Source: a virus (lineage: Duplodnaviria; Caudoviricetes). Taken from it: DNA of 64,000 bases. Shown one piece after another: positions 51,609 to 60,273 of the stretch. The stretch is taken from positions 32,001 to 96,000 of the IMG/VR virus record IMGVR_UViG_3300037295_000263. The stretch is one strand, 5' to 3'. The notes beneath the pieces were generated by a model. The model did not search any database and was not told where the DNA came from. It saw nothing but the letters and a program-made list of their open reading frames with translations. How positions within the stretch are numbered: the first letter of the stretch is position 1; each line of letters begins with the position of its first letter. The position numbers and the translations under genes are program-made.

Positions 51609-52791
51609 TATTTTTAAATAAAATTGATAGCTTTTTCTGATTATATACACCTTGTTTCATAATATTAAAATTGTCAATAAGTAGTTGAGAATTTTTAAAT
51701 CTCCATTCGATTTTGTTGTTACGAGATAACGAATCTAGCATTTTGCATGTATCAGTTAACACGTCGATTATTTTTTTAAACCGTAATACATGGTCTTCCT
51801 CAGAATCAAAAGCTAAATCAAACCACTCGTCATAAGTGTTATATCCTACTGTATTTAAATAAGTATTAGCGCCAGGTTGGCCATATATTATAAATGGTTG
51901 GAAATTTTCAATAGGTTTAAACGTTTTTTCTGTATAAAAAAATGCAGTATTATTTTTATGTTCTGCCTCTGTTTCGTTTACTAACTGGAACAATGTCTGA
52001 TGGTGTATATGTGAATACGGTATAGTGTCGACCCACTTGTGCCCTTGATTAAAATCTTGTCGATCAATGGTTAACGGTAACGAAGCCTGCCATGTACTAA
52101 CTTTTTTTGAATCGTATTCACTGAGCCACTCGGTTACATCCAAATCGGTGATAACATCGTGACTTAGTAATGCATTGTTTGAGATGTCTTCTTGACACAA
52201 TAAAAATGTAGAAATTGCCCTGTATTTGCGTTTTCTCCTATTTAAACTTGAAAAGTAATTATATTCAAAATTGATATTACATAGCTCTTTTTCTTTTGCA
52301 AGGAGGAGACCGACATCGTTGTTGTACAAAATATTTTTAAAATATTCAAAGAAAAGAAAAGAGCTAACGATTAATTTTTTTTCGTTATGCACTTGACAAT
52401 ATTGTTCTATGTTATCTTCATCTTTTAAATTAGAAGAAACATATATTATTCTTGTAGGATCTACGTTATATTTTTTACAATTATAGTATAATATTTCAAA
52501 GAACGGCACGTCGATTAGTGGGCTATATCCTTCCTGGCTACAATCAAACACAAAAAATGTTTTTTTTGATTGCAATGCATCTAAGTATTCTGGAAGTATA
52601 TATTGAAATAAATCTGTAGTAACCGCCCAATAATCTGGGTATTTTAAAAATGCATGTATGTATGTGGTAGTTTTTAAATTAGCAGGTACATTGCCATCCA
52701 TCGCCGATGTTTGTAACATCTGGACAAATTTTGATTGCTTAGAGTTTGCAATATAGATATTTTCTCTAATAGCGTGCGGCAGTTTTATCAT
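51598..52791 (-). CDS. Putative GT-B glycosyltransferase-like protein, inverted paralogue of 48681-49958
   Basis: FDCSQEGY, YTEKTFKPIENFQPFIIYG, GYNTYDEWFD. Confidence 0.45.
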   Translation of the reverse strand: MIKLPHAIRENIYIANSKQSKFVQMLQTSAMDGNVPANLKTTTYIHAFLKYPDYWAVTTDLFQYILPEYLDALQSKKTFFVFDCSQEGYSPLIDVPFFEILYYNCKKYNVDPTRIIYVSSNLKDEDNIEQYCQVHNEKKLIVSSFLFFEYFKNILYNNDVGLLLAKEKELCNINFEYNYFSSLNRRKRKYRAISTFLLCQEDISNNALLSHDVITDLDVTEWLSEYDSKKVSTWQASLPLTIDRQDFNQGHKWVDTIPYSHIHHQTLFQLVNETEAEHKNNTAFFYTEKTFKPIENFQPFIIYGQPGANTYLNTVGYNTYDEWFDLAFDSEEDHVLRFKKIIDVLTDTCKMLDSLSRNNKIEWRFKNSQLLIDNFNIMKQGVYNQKKLSILFKNIID

Positions 52792-52823
52792 TCATATACA
52801 ATATAATTAAGTGCTAGTATTAC

Positions 52824-52833
52824 TAAATATTTA
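52824..52833. promoter_or_regulatory. Palindromic bidirectional late promoter TAAATATTTA
   Basis: Perfect 10-bp palindrome with TAAATA on both strands between divergent genes ending 52791 and starting 52856. Confidence 0.5.
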
Positions 52834-52855
52834 TTATATTTATTAAGAAGAAAAC

Positions 52856-54070
52856 ATGAAAATTGGATTTATCGGAATTGGAAAATTAGGACTACCTTGC
52901 GCAACGGCCATGTCTAAAAAAGGACATGCTATAACAGGGTATGATACTGCTAGTGTGGTGAGTGATTCGGTAAAAATAGTATCTTCGATAAAAGATTGTG
53001 TTATCGATCAAGATATAGTTTTTATAGCAGTTCCTACTCCACATGATCCTGCATACGACGGACGAGCACCTACGTCTCATTTGCCCCCCAAGGATTTCGA
53101 TTATTCCATAGTAGTCGATTGCGTTAAAGAAGCTAACAAGTACATGACTACAAATCAAATTTTAGTATTGATTAGCACAGTACTGCCAGGTAGTATTAGA
53201 AAAGAAATTGCTCCGATCATAACCAATACACGGTTTGTCTATAATCCTTATCTAATTGCAATGGGCAGTGTTGCTTGGGACATGTTAAATCCAGAAATGA
53301 TAATAATCGGAACAAAGGACGGCAACAACACGACAGACGCATCTATAATTATTGATTTTTATAAAACAATTATAGAAAATAATGCAAGAGTAGTAGTAGG
53401 CACATGGGATGAATGTGAGTGTATAAAAGTTTTTTACAATACATTTATTAGTGCTAAAATAGGTCTAGTTAATATGATACAAGATGTAGCAGTAAAACAA
53501 GGCAACATTGATGTTGATGTAGTTACTGATGCACTCGCGAAATCTACAATGCGTATAACGGGCCCGCAGTATATGACAGCGGGCATGGGAGATGGCGGAG
53601 CATGCCATCCTAGAGATAATATTGCATTAAGATATTTGTCGCAAGAGTTAGGTCTAGGCTATGATTTATTTGGTACAATTATGCAAGCTAGAGAAGTACA
53701 AGCTAAGAACTTAGCTGTAGAATTAGTTAAACATGCTAAACAACATAATATGAATATTTTTATTCACGGTAAAGCATATAAGCCCGATGTAGAATATTGT
53801 GATGGTAGCTATAGCTTATTAGTCGGGCATTATTGCAAAGAACTGGGCCATATGCCCACTTACGTCGATCCCTTAACTGGCGACGATATAGACAGCGTGT
53901 ATGGCGTGATTTTACTAGCACACAATCGTAATATCACATACAATTATGCCAACGGCAATCAAGCTTTTTATTGTACGATTGAAAAAGGGTCAATTGTTGT
54001 TGACCCTTGGAGAACTGCAATAATACCCGATGTAACTCTTATATATTACGGTAACACTCGATTACAATAA
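52856..54070 (+). CDS. ugd: UDP-glucose/GDP-mannose 6-dehydrogenase
   Basis: GIGKLG, FIAVPTP, KVFYNTF, GGACHPRD catalytic Cys, C-terminal GKAYKP domain. Confidence 0.9.
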   Translation: MKIGFIGIGKLGLPCATAMSKKGHAITGYDTASVVSDSVKIVSSIKDCVIDQDIVFIAVPTPHDPAYDGRAPTSHLPPKDFDYSIVVDCVKEANKYMTTNQILVLISTVLPGSIRKEIAPIITNTRFVYNPYLIAMGSVAWDMLNPEMIIIGTKDGNNTTDASIIIDFYKTIIENNARVVVGTWDECECIKVFYNTFISAKIGLVNMIQDVAVKQGNIDVDVVTDALAKSTMRITGPQYMTAGMGDGGACHPRDNIALRYLSQELGLGYDLFGTIMQAREVQAKNLAVELVKHAKQHNMNIFIHGKAYKPDVEYCDGSYSLLVGHYCKELGHMPTYVDPLTGDDIDSVYGVILLAHNRNITYNYANGNQAFYCTIEKGSIVVDPWRTAIIPDVTLIYYGNTRLQ

Positions 54071-54367
54071 TTTCTTAGTTTGATCTTCGATGCTACTTTT
54101 TATTTTTTCAACATTAATTTTAAAATTTAGCTTGACAATTTCTGTATGATATTCCTGAAATGTTTCTGTTAAATTGTTAGATACATTAACGTCGTCGTGC
54201 AGCAACAGTTGTTCTTTAATGTCAAATTCCCAGATTCTGCCATCTGCAAACTCTAATTGCATAGATTCTAAATAAGTCACAGGTACAGAGCTTATTTGCA
54301 AATCTTCAAATATGTTAGGCCAGTCTGACAAAAAATTTTGAAGAAGTTGGTTATCTATTTTAGGCAT
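54062..54367 (-). CDS. Hypothetical protein
   Basis: Overlaps the stop of the upstream - strand gene. Confidence 0.6.
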   Translation of the reverse strand: MPKIDNQLLQNFLSDWPNIFEDLQISSVPVTYLESMQLEFADGRIWEFDIKEQLLLHDDVNVSNNLTETFQEYHTEIVKLNFKINVEKIKSSIEDQTKKLL

Positions 54368-54974
54368 CTGCTGATTGCTTAACTTTAACTGGTTTTTTAA
54401 CTGGCGGATCTAGATCATCTGCTTGTTTTCTTAATTTAGCTGCTTCTTTGTACATGGAATCTGCTTGACTTCTAAAAGACTTAGCTAAGTCAGAATCCGA
54501 CAACACAGCAGGCTCGTTATTTACAACAGCAGCTTCTGGTTCTGTAACTGGAACAGGTGATTCAGATTTTGCTTTTGGCGAACCCGATGTTAATGCAGGC
54601 AGCTCATCTAATGCAATTCCTTTTTGTTCAGCAATTAGTGCATTTAGTTCGCTAAGAGGAATCTCATGACCGGCCGTAGGAGTCACTAAAATATTAGAAG
54701 TAGGAACTTTGTGCAACCGACCATCTTGTTGCATTGCAGTTAACATAAGGCGTCCGTCGGGGAAATGGCGAATAAACATAATTTCACCAAATTCATATGC
54801 GTCTTGGCCTTGGTCACTATCTACTAATTGTATCAGAGCATCGTGGTATGCATCTGGTACAGTGGCAGTTGGTAAAACCAATGCATTTCCAGTATCACCT
54901 GGCAAGCATCTGAATACTATTATTACCTTTGACCCAGTATTTTTTATTTTTCCTATATGCTTAATAGTTTTCAT
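54360..54974 (-). CDS. Hypothetical protein with acidic/Pro-rich C-terminus
   Basis: GGAG-type RBS; ATGA-type overlap with the upstream gene. Confidence 0.7.
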   Translation of the reverse strand: MKTIKHIGKIKNTGSKVIIVFRCLPGDTGNALVLPTATVPDAYHDALIQLVDSDQGQDAYEFGEIMFIRHFPDGRLMLTAMQQDGRLHKVPTSNILVTPTAGHEIPLSELNALIAEQKGIALDELPALTSGSPKAKSESPVPVTEPEAAVVNNEPAVLSDSDLAKSFRSQADSMYKEAAKLRKQADDLDPPVKKPVKVKQSADA

Positions 54975-55210
54975 TCTACCTCCTTTTTAGCTGCAATTGC
55001 ATCTAAAAATGATGACAATTTGTTAAACATTTTTCCTACTGCTTCCATCTCAGCAGCTTTAAATGCTCCGCGCTGACTAGCAAGATCGATAATGTTACGT
55101 ATCAAAACTAAATCATTAATGTTTAAATCAACCGGTTGTTGTGCAGGTTGACCGGCTGGTTGTTGTGTTTCCACCTCAGTGGTAGTTTGGGTTTCTTGCG
55201 TGTCTTTCAT
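54971..55210 (-). CDS. Hypothetical protein
   Basis: AGGAG RBS; IIDLASQRGAFKAAEM. Confidence 0.7.
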   Translation of the reverse strand: MKDTQETQTTTEVETQQPAGQPAQQPVDLNINDLVLIRNIIDLASQRGAFKAAEMEAVGKMFNKLSSFLDAIAAKKEVE

Positions 55211-55212
55211 TT

Positions 55213-55488
55213 TTATCTCCTAAAATGTGGGCAAGCTAACATAAAGTATGTCATCTCTTTGTGGTCTTCGAATGCTACAACTAATGCAACACTTAACCGA
55301 CCGTTACTATCAATTGCAGGTATATTTAACAATGCATACCTATTCCTTAATCGAACTCTGATCCAATCGTCAATACTGTCATCTGTATTATCCAGGCTGT
55401 AGTATTTGATTTTGAATTTAGAAAAATGACTTGGAATAATATCCAATTTTCTTTTCTTAACAACACCAAGTTCGTTAATTTCTAGCAT
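55213..55488 (-). CDS. Hypothetical protein
   Basis: TAAATA 5 nt upstream of the ATG; tight packing. Confidence 0.65.
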   Translation of the reverse strand: MLEINELGVVKKRKLDIIPSHFSKFKIKYYSLDNTDDSIDDWIRVRLRNRYALLNIPAIDSNGRLSVALVVAFEDHKEMTYFMLACPHFRR

Positions 55489-55522
55489 ACAAATATTTAA
55501 CCTTTTTTAATTAACAGAGTAT

Positions 55523-55927
55523 TTAATCTTGATTAATACGATTAGCGACAGATTTGGCTAGACCAAATTTTCTAACATCTCCGCTAAAGAGATACAATTC
55601 AAATGCTGATTTTTCTGAAATCACAGTCACTGATCGTTTATCGATAAAAAATGGAGTATTTAAATATTGGTCTAGCCAAATTATTATTTGAGGAGTAAAG
55701 TTAAATTCTGGAGGAAGATCTATTTTATAGACTTTTATGTCTGAGTACTTTGTGATAAATTCTAATCCTTTTTCGGTTAGTCTTAATCCTCCGATTGGTT
55801 TATTTCGATAACTATACCAAAATACTGGTTTGTATTTTTCTATAGATTCTTTGTCAAAATTTAAACCAGCAGATTCTAAAAATACTTTTGTATATTGATC
55901 TTTAAAGTTAAGTAATTCTTTCGCCAT
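55523..55927 (-). CDS. Hypothetical protein
   Basis: GGLRLTEKG...LDQYLNTPFFI; overlaps the upstream gene. Confidence 0.65.
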   Translation of the reverse strand: MAKELLNFKDQYTKVFLESAGLNFDKESIEKYKPVFWYSYRNKPIGGLRLTEKGLEFITKYSDIKVYKIDLPPEFNFTPQIIIWLDQYLNTPFFIDKRSVTVISEKSAFELYLFSGDVRKFGLAKSVANRINQD

Positions 55928-56192
55928 TAGTAAGTTTATATACTGAAAAATCGGTTGTTTTAAATAATTTATTTAATTTTTTTGACAAATTAAATGCATG
56001 TCCGGGGTTACTGAATGAAACTTTTTTATATTTAGGCCCAATGGAATTTGCAATTAAACTACCACTTTTTAAATTAAACGGTTTTCCTTGAAAAAATACA
56101 GCCCAAATAGCTTCGCTTTCTAATACTTGTTCTATTTTGTAAGTTTGTTTGTTAGCATATTCTAAAATTACGGTGGGTTTTGGGCGACTCAT
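55908..56192 (-). CDS. Conserved hypothetical protein
   Basis: Likely start ATG 56192 (MSRPKP) with AAGGAA RBS; YKKVSFSNPGHAFNL. Confidence 0.65.
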   Translation of the reverse strand: MSRPKPTVILEYANKQTYKIEQVLESEAIWAVFFQGKPFNLKSGSLIANSIGPKYKKVSFSNPGHAFNLSKKLNKLFKTTDFSVYKLTNGERIT

Positions 56193-56234
56193 ATGTATAT
56201 TATTCCTTAAAACTACATACACATATTTATCTTT

Positions 56235-56480
56235 TTAAAACCCACCACCGTCAAATTTTACCTCTATGGTTTCTGACGTACCTATTTTTTTAAGACTTTC
56301 ATTAATTTCGTTAATAGTAGACGCTAATTTAGAAGTCAGTAGGCTAATTTCTAAAGTTAATTCTCTCGCTTCTTGAATTGTTATACGAATTTCTTTTTGC
56401 TGACTACGCTCCGCGGAAGAAATTCTGTTTAATAATTTTTCAATAGTTGGTAGTGTAGTTGGTATATTATTTTGGAGCAT
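56235..56480 (-). CDS. Hypothetical protein
   Basis: Coiled-coil-like; overlaps the upstream gene. Confidence 0.6.
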   Translation of the reverse strand: MLQNNIPTTLPTIEKLLNRISSAERSQQKEIRITIQEARELTLEISLLTSKLASTINEINESLKKIGTSETIEVKFDGGGF

Positions 56481-56946
56481 TGCTTAATACCTGTTTCATT
56501 TCTATTTCAGTTTTAAAAGGACCTCGATAATCGTAACGTTGCAAGGTAATTAATTTTGGACAAAAACTTTTAACCCAACCTTTGTCGAATTTAATAATAT
56601 AGTATCCAGCACAGTACAAACTTTTACTATCTTGGCTTTTAGTAAACAATGGAAGTTTGCGTTTAACATCGAACATTGTATTATGTGGAGTAACACTTGT
56701 TGAAAATCCATGTATAATGTTTGGCGTTACATTTGCAGTTGCTTCTTTAATAATTTTGGCAACAAAGAAATTATTTCCGAATTGTTTTAGTAAACTTTGT
56801 TTATTATTATATATCTTAATACCTAATTCGTTACTCATAACAAAACGATTGTCTTCCTCTCGTCTAAGGGTAGCAAACTTTTCACCGTCTAACTCAACTA
56901 CCCAGAATTTTTCTGGGATAATAGGCTTTGCTTGTAATTCGTTCAT
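56467..56946 (-). CDS. Hypothetical protein
   Basis: YCAGYY...WVKSFCPKLITL; ATGA overlap with the RNase H gene. Confidence 0.7.
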   Translation of the reverse strand: MNELQAKPIIPEKFWVVELDGEKFATLRREEDNRFVMSNELGIKIYNNKQSLLKQFGNNFFVAKIIKEATANVTPNIIHGFSTSVTPHNTMFDVKRKLPLFTKSQDSKSLYCAGYYIIKFDKGWVKSFCPKLITLQRYDYRGPFKTEIEMKQVLSNAPK

Positions 56947-57929
56947 TTAACATATCTCGCGTTTAAAGGTTCAGCATAACTTTGTGCTTGATCCGAAATC
57001 TTTTTTAAATCATATAATTGGCAAAATTTTAATAACCTTATGCCTACTTGATTAACATTTTTAATATCCACTGCTACCGATTGTACAGTTTCATTAATTA
57101 TAGCACGAATATTTTCAGGTTGTGCAGATAAATCAATCAAACGGCAGTTTCTATCATAGTCATCTAAAACGCGATGCTCTACATTGTTATGGTCTACCCA
57201 TCTTTGCAACATTAAGTTATTCCACGCGAATCCTTTAGATTTGCGATCATCGAACGCCTCGGTCAGCCCTACTTTTTTACTAGAACCTTTTGTTCTGACT
57301 CCAGGATAAGCACTAAACACATTATCGCTAGAATCTCCACGCATACATTTTTCAAATAATAACCATTCAGGATTAGGAGCAGTTTTCGGTAACTTGGTTT
57401 TATTATCGATAATATCTTTTCCTTTATCGTCAACATATCCGGTATGAGATATAGTGGTCTCCGAAACTCCGTTGTATTGTTTTACATTAGGGGAAATTAG
57501 CTGTAAGAAATCTGTATCTGTACTGATAATAATATGCTGATCTTCTGGATGATTCTGTATCCATCCAGCAATCAAATCATCTGCTTCTAGTTGAGGATGT
57601 TGCAACACTGTACAATTTGTTTTATCTCGGATAAAGTCTTTAAAAGTATCAAACGCTTCCCAGAATACTGTCTCTTCGTCTGCTTCTTTTTCAGTGTGAG
57701 CTGCACGAGCAGCAGCTCGCTGAGCTTTGTACGGAGTGTAAAAATCTTTACGCCAGCTTCTGCCTTCTAAACAAAATACAACATGAGAACCATCGAATTT
57801 TTGCCAAGCTTTTCGCATCGAATTGAGTGTAATATGGAATGCCATACCTAGTTTAATATCTGCATCACCGTTAATAGCATGCCGGGCTCTGAAGAAGGTA
57901 TTTGCAAGATCAATTAATATATATGTCAT
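56943..57929 (-). CDS. rnh: T4-type RNase H / 5'-3' flap exonuclease
   Basis: LIDLAN, EADDLIA, ISTDTDFLQL, RGDSSDNV acidic FEN/PIN motifs. Confidence 0.88.
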   Translation of the reverse strand: MTYILIDLANTFFRARHAINGDADIKLGMAFHITLNSMRKAWQKFDGSHVVFCLEGRSWRKDFYTPYKAQRAAARAAHTEKEADEETVFWEAFDTFKDFIRDKTNCTVLQHPQLEADDLIAGWIQNHPEDQHIIISTDTDFLQLISPNVKQYNGVSETTISHTGYVDDKGKDIIDNKTKLPKTAPNPEWLLFEKCMRGDSSDNVFSAYPGVRTKGSSKKVGLTEAFDDRKSKGFAWNNLMLQRWVDHNNVEHRVLDDYDRNCRLIDLSAQPENIRAIINETVQSVAVDIKNVNQVGIRLLKFCQLYDLKKISDQAQSYAEPLNARYVK

Positions 57930-58384
57930 TGGTTATTCTTTTTAATAGAGTTAATGTCGATAACTCCGGTGTTAATATCGGGTCCGCCGTAATCACCATC
58001 GACTACTACGTTAGCACATAATTCTCTAAACCATCTATCAATTATTTCTTCCTCATTATCGTCTTCTACTCCGTATCCCTCGCTAATTAACTTAGCTATA
58101 AAGAAAGTATTCCAGTCGAGCTCGAAAAATCCATTTCTTACATTATCTTTATTGACTTGTGTATCAAGTACACTTACCCAGGGTTCTTTTTTTCGAGTAG
58201 CACGATCTTTGAGGCTTAATCCTGCAACAACAGTAGCTTCTTCGGCAATTTTTCTTGCAAGTTCTGCTTCGAGTGCTGCTTGGTTAGCTTCCTTTGCAAG
58301 TGCAATAGCATCTTCTACTTCTTTAAGAGCTGATTCTTTTATTTTGTCAAGCCCTAGCCATTTTTCAATAAATTGTTTAAACAT
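57926..58384 (-). CDS. Hypothetical protein
   Basis: EPWVSVL...GFFELDWN; overlaps neighbours. Confidence 0.7.
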   Translation of the reverse strand: MFKQFIEKWLGLDKIKESALKEVEDAIALAKEANQAALEAELARKIAEEATVVAGLSLKDRATRKKEPWVSVLDTQVNKDNVRNGFFELDWNTFFIAKLISEGYGVEDDNEEEIIDRWFRELCANVVVDGDYGGPDINTGVIDINSIKKNNQ

Positions 58385-58847
58385 GATTGCGTTCCTTTGT
58401 TTCTTGTGTCAGTTTAGACACCAATAAAAAATTATTAAATGCAATTTTAACAGAATCATTTGTTAATAGCAAATTAGCTTGCTTTTGCATTTCGTCGATG
58501 CCCGTCTGAGCAATTTCGTGTATAGATTTTTTTTGCAATGTAGATGATTGTTCACCGAACGAATCTGACAATCTTTTCCATGCTTCTTGTTGCTCAGCAG
58601 TAATAGGTTCACGACTGGGACTAAACTTTGAAGATTCTAGCAATGCTTCTTCTATACTTTGTCGAGCATACAATCCAGCTGCAACCATCGGAGCGAATGC
58701 AGGGTCGACAACTTTTATTGTGGAAGTGCAGCCTGGACGGACTGAAATTAAATAGTCACCGTATTTGCGACTGTCTAATAATTCGTCATTATACTCAGAC
58801 ACCGGAACGTATCTTTTTCCAACTTTCTCGTAAAATATTTTTTTCAT
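58377..58847 (-). CDS. Hypothetical protein
   Basis: Likely ATG 58847 (MKKIFYEK) directly behind a sigma70 promoter. Confidence 0.65.
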   Translation of the reverse strand: MKKIFYEKVGKRYVPVSEYNDELLDSRKYGDYLISVRPGCTSTIKVVDPAFAPMVAAGLYARQSIEEALLESSKFSPSREPITAEQQEAWKRLSDSFGEQSSTLQKKSIHEIAQTGIDEMQKQANLLLTNDSVKIAFNNFLLVSKLTQETKERNHV

Positions 58848-58853
58848 AAAATT

Positions 58854-58881
58854 AGTATACAATTATTTTAAAATTTGTCAA
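58854..58881 (-). promoter_or_regulatory. sigma70-type early promoter
   Basis: TTGACA (58881-58876), 16-nt spacer, TATACT (58859-58854). Confidence 0.65.
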
Positions 58882-58966
58882 GTACTGCGTACACCGCTAC
58901 TGCAATAAATGTTAACTGTAATAGTTGTGCTGTAATAATAATAACATAATCGGCAAATAGTTTCAT
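58868..58966 (-). CDS. 32-aa hydrophobic peptide (possible single-pass membrane protein); not in the ORF track
   Basis: MKLFADYVIIITAQLLQLTFIAVAVYAVLDKF; ATG 2 nt after the upstream stop. Confidence 0.4.
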   Translation of the reverse strand: MKLFADYVIIITAQLLQLTFIAVAVYAVLDKF

Positions 58967-58968
58967 GT

Positions 58969-59211
58969 TTAAGTCCTTTTTAAGTTCCATATTAGGAATT
59001 CGTTTTTATCCAGCCAATAAGTATTGAAAAATGCTCCGCCTGGCCCTACTACTAGACTACTACCATTGTACGCTCGACGCAACCATAAAAGTTTCCCTGT
59101 TAAAAAGCATTTTTGGGGAAATATACAAAATTTTAATTTCCACCCAACCGATCTACTCAACTCCCAATGTTGCTGTCTTGCAGAGTTATTGAATTGTGAA
59201 TCTAGCGGCAT
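58969..59211 (-). CDS. Hypothetical protein
   Basis: TAATG overlap with the upstream ORF; Trp-rich. Confidence 0.55.
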   Translation of the reverse strand: MPLDSQFNNSARQQHWELSRSVGWKLKFCIFPQKCFLTGKLLWLRRAYNGSSLVVGPGGAFFNTYWLDKNEFLIWNLKRT

Positions 59212-59387
59212 TATACGTTGATCAACTGTACTAAATCAGTTAAGGTTTCGTTGTTAATTTCGAAAACATGCATGCCTTGTTCGTTAGTAGCATACCGCAA
59301 TAATACTGTACGAAGATCACCAAGATCCGTTACAAAGTTAATTTCGACACCAGAATGTCCGTTTGTTTCGACTAGTTTAGCTTTCAT
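59211..59387 (-). CDS. 58-aa hypothetical protein; not in the ORF track
   Basis: AAGGAG RBS, MKAKLVETNGHSGVEINFVTDLGDLRTVLLRYATNEQGMHVFEINNETLTDLVQLINV*, TAATG coupling to the next gene. Confidence 0.65.
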   Translation of the reverse strand: MKAKLVETNGHSGVEINFVTDLGDLRTVLLRYATNEQGMHVFEINNETLTDLVQLINV

Positions 59388-59412
59388 TTTACTTCTCCTT
59401 TTAATTTATTCA

Positions 59413-60273
59413 TTACGTACCCCATTCGTTCTTGAACAAAGGAACTTGAAGCCTATCACTGTATCGCAAGCCGTGTTTCATTGCCAAGTCCGCCACTTTA
59501 CGATTGTTCAATGCGTAAACACTTTCCACACCACCTACTGGCATTAGATAAATGTGTCCTCTAAACCCAGCTTCACGATACTCTTTAACAGCAAGTCTAG
59601 CATCTGCAAAGTCCTGATCTGTAGCGATTACAAATTTTAAATAAGCAGTACCGACTCGTTCATATTCGCAAACCACATCAGGTCTAATTGCATCTACCCA
59701 TGCTTCGCCTGAACAGGGTAATTTAGCACTCACCGAAAATGTAATTTCACGTTGATGTTTTGGTAATCCTTTCCATACTGTTAAGTAATGTTTAAATTCT
59801 TCAGTTAACTTTTGAGTACCATTTGTTTCAAATGTAATTTCTTTTAAGCCATACATTTTTTCATGATCCAGTAGATCAGGAAATGCACGTTGCCATCCTA
59901 ACAACGGCTCTCCGCCTGTAATAACCAAGTGTTCATCACGCCATTCTTTAAACGGAAGTATTTCGGCAATCCGATCTGCAATAGCATCACTTGTTAGCAT
60001 AGGACTCAACTCTTTAAAATCAGGATGCCAAGATGCGTAACTATCGCAGCCCGTGCTAACAAGCGGCAAGTCTTCGTACTTAAAAAATGTCTCAATCTTT
60101 TTATGTGTGTGTGCTACTTCATCTGCTTCTGTGCTAAGTTCACCACGCGGCATACCGAATCCCGAGCAGGTAAAATTACACCCGAATGTACGCAGAAATA
60201 CACTAGGGACGCCCATATAACGTCCTTCGCCTTGTATACTGTAGAACAGCTCTGCTATTTTAATTTTGCTCAT
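59413..60273 (-). CDS. queE: 7-carboxy-7-deazaguanine synthase (radical SAM)
   Basis: ELFYSIQGEGRYMGVPSVFLRTFGCN, ITGGEPLL, FETNGT, SVSAKL, LKFVI, YLMP. Confidence 0.9.
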   Translation of the reverse strand: MSKIKIAELFYSIQGEGRYMGVPSVFLRTFGCNFTCSGFGMPRGELSTEADEVAHTHKKIETFFKYEDLPLVSTGCDSYASWHPDFKELSPMLTSDAIADRIAEILPFKEWRDEHLVITGGEPLLGWQRAFPDLLDHEKMYGLKEITFETNGTQKLTEEFKHYLTVWKGLPKHQREITFSVSAKLPCSGEAWVDAIRPDVVCEYERVGTAYLKFVIATDQDFADARLAVKEYREAGFRGHIYLMPVGGVESVYALNNRKVADLAMKHGLRYSDRLQVPLFKNEWGT

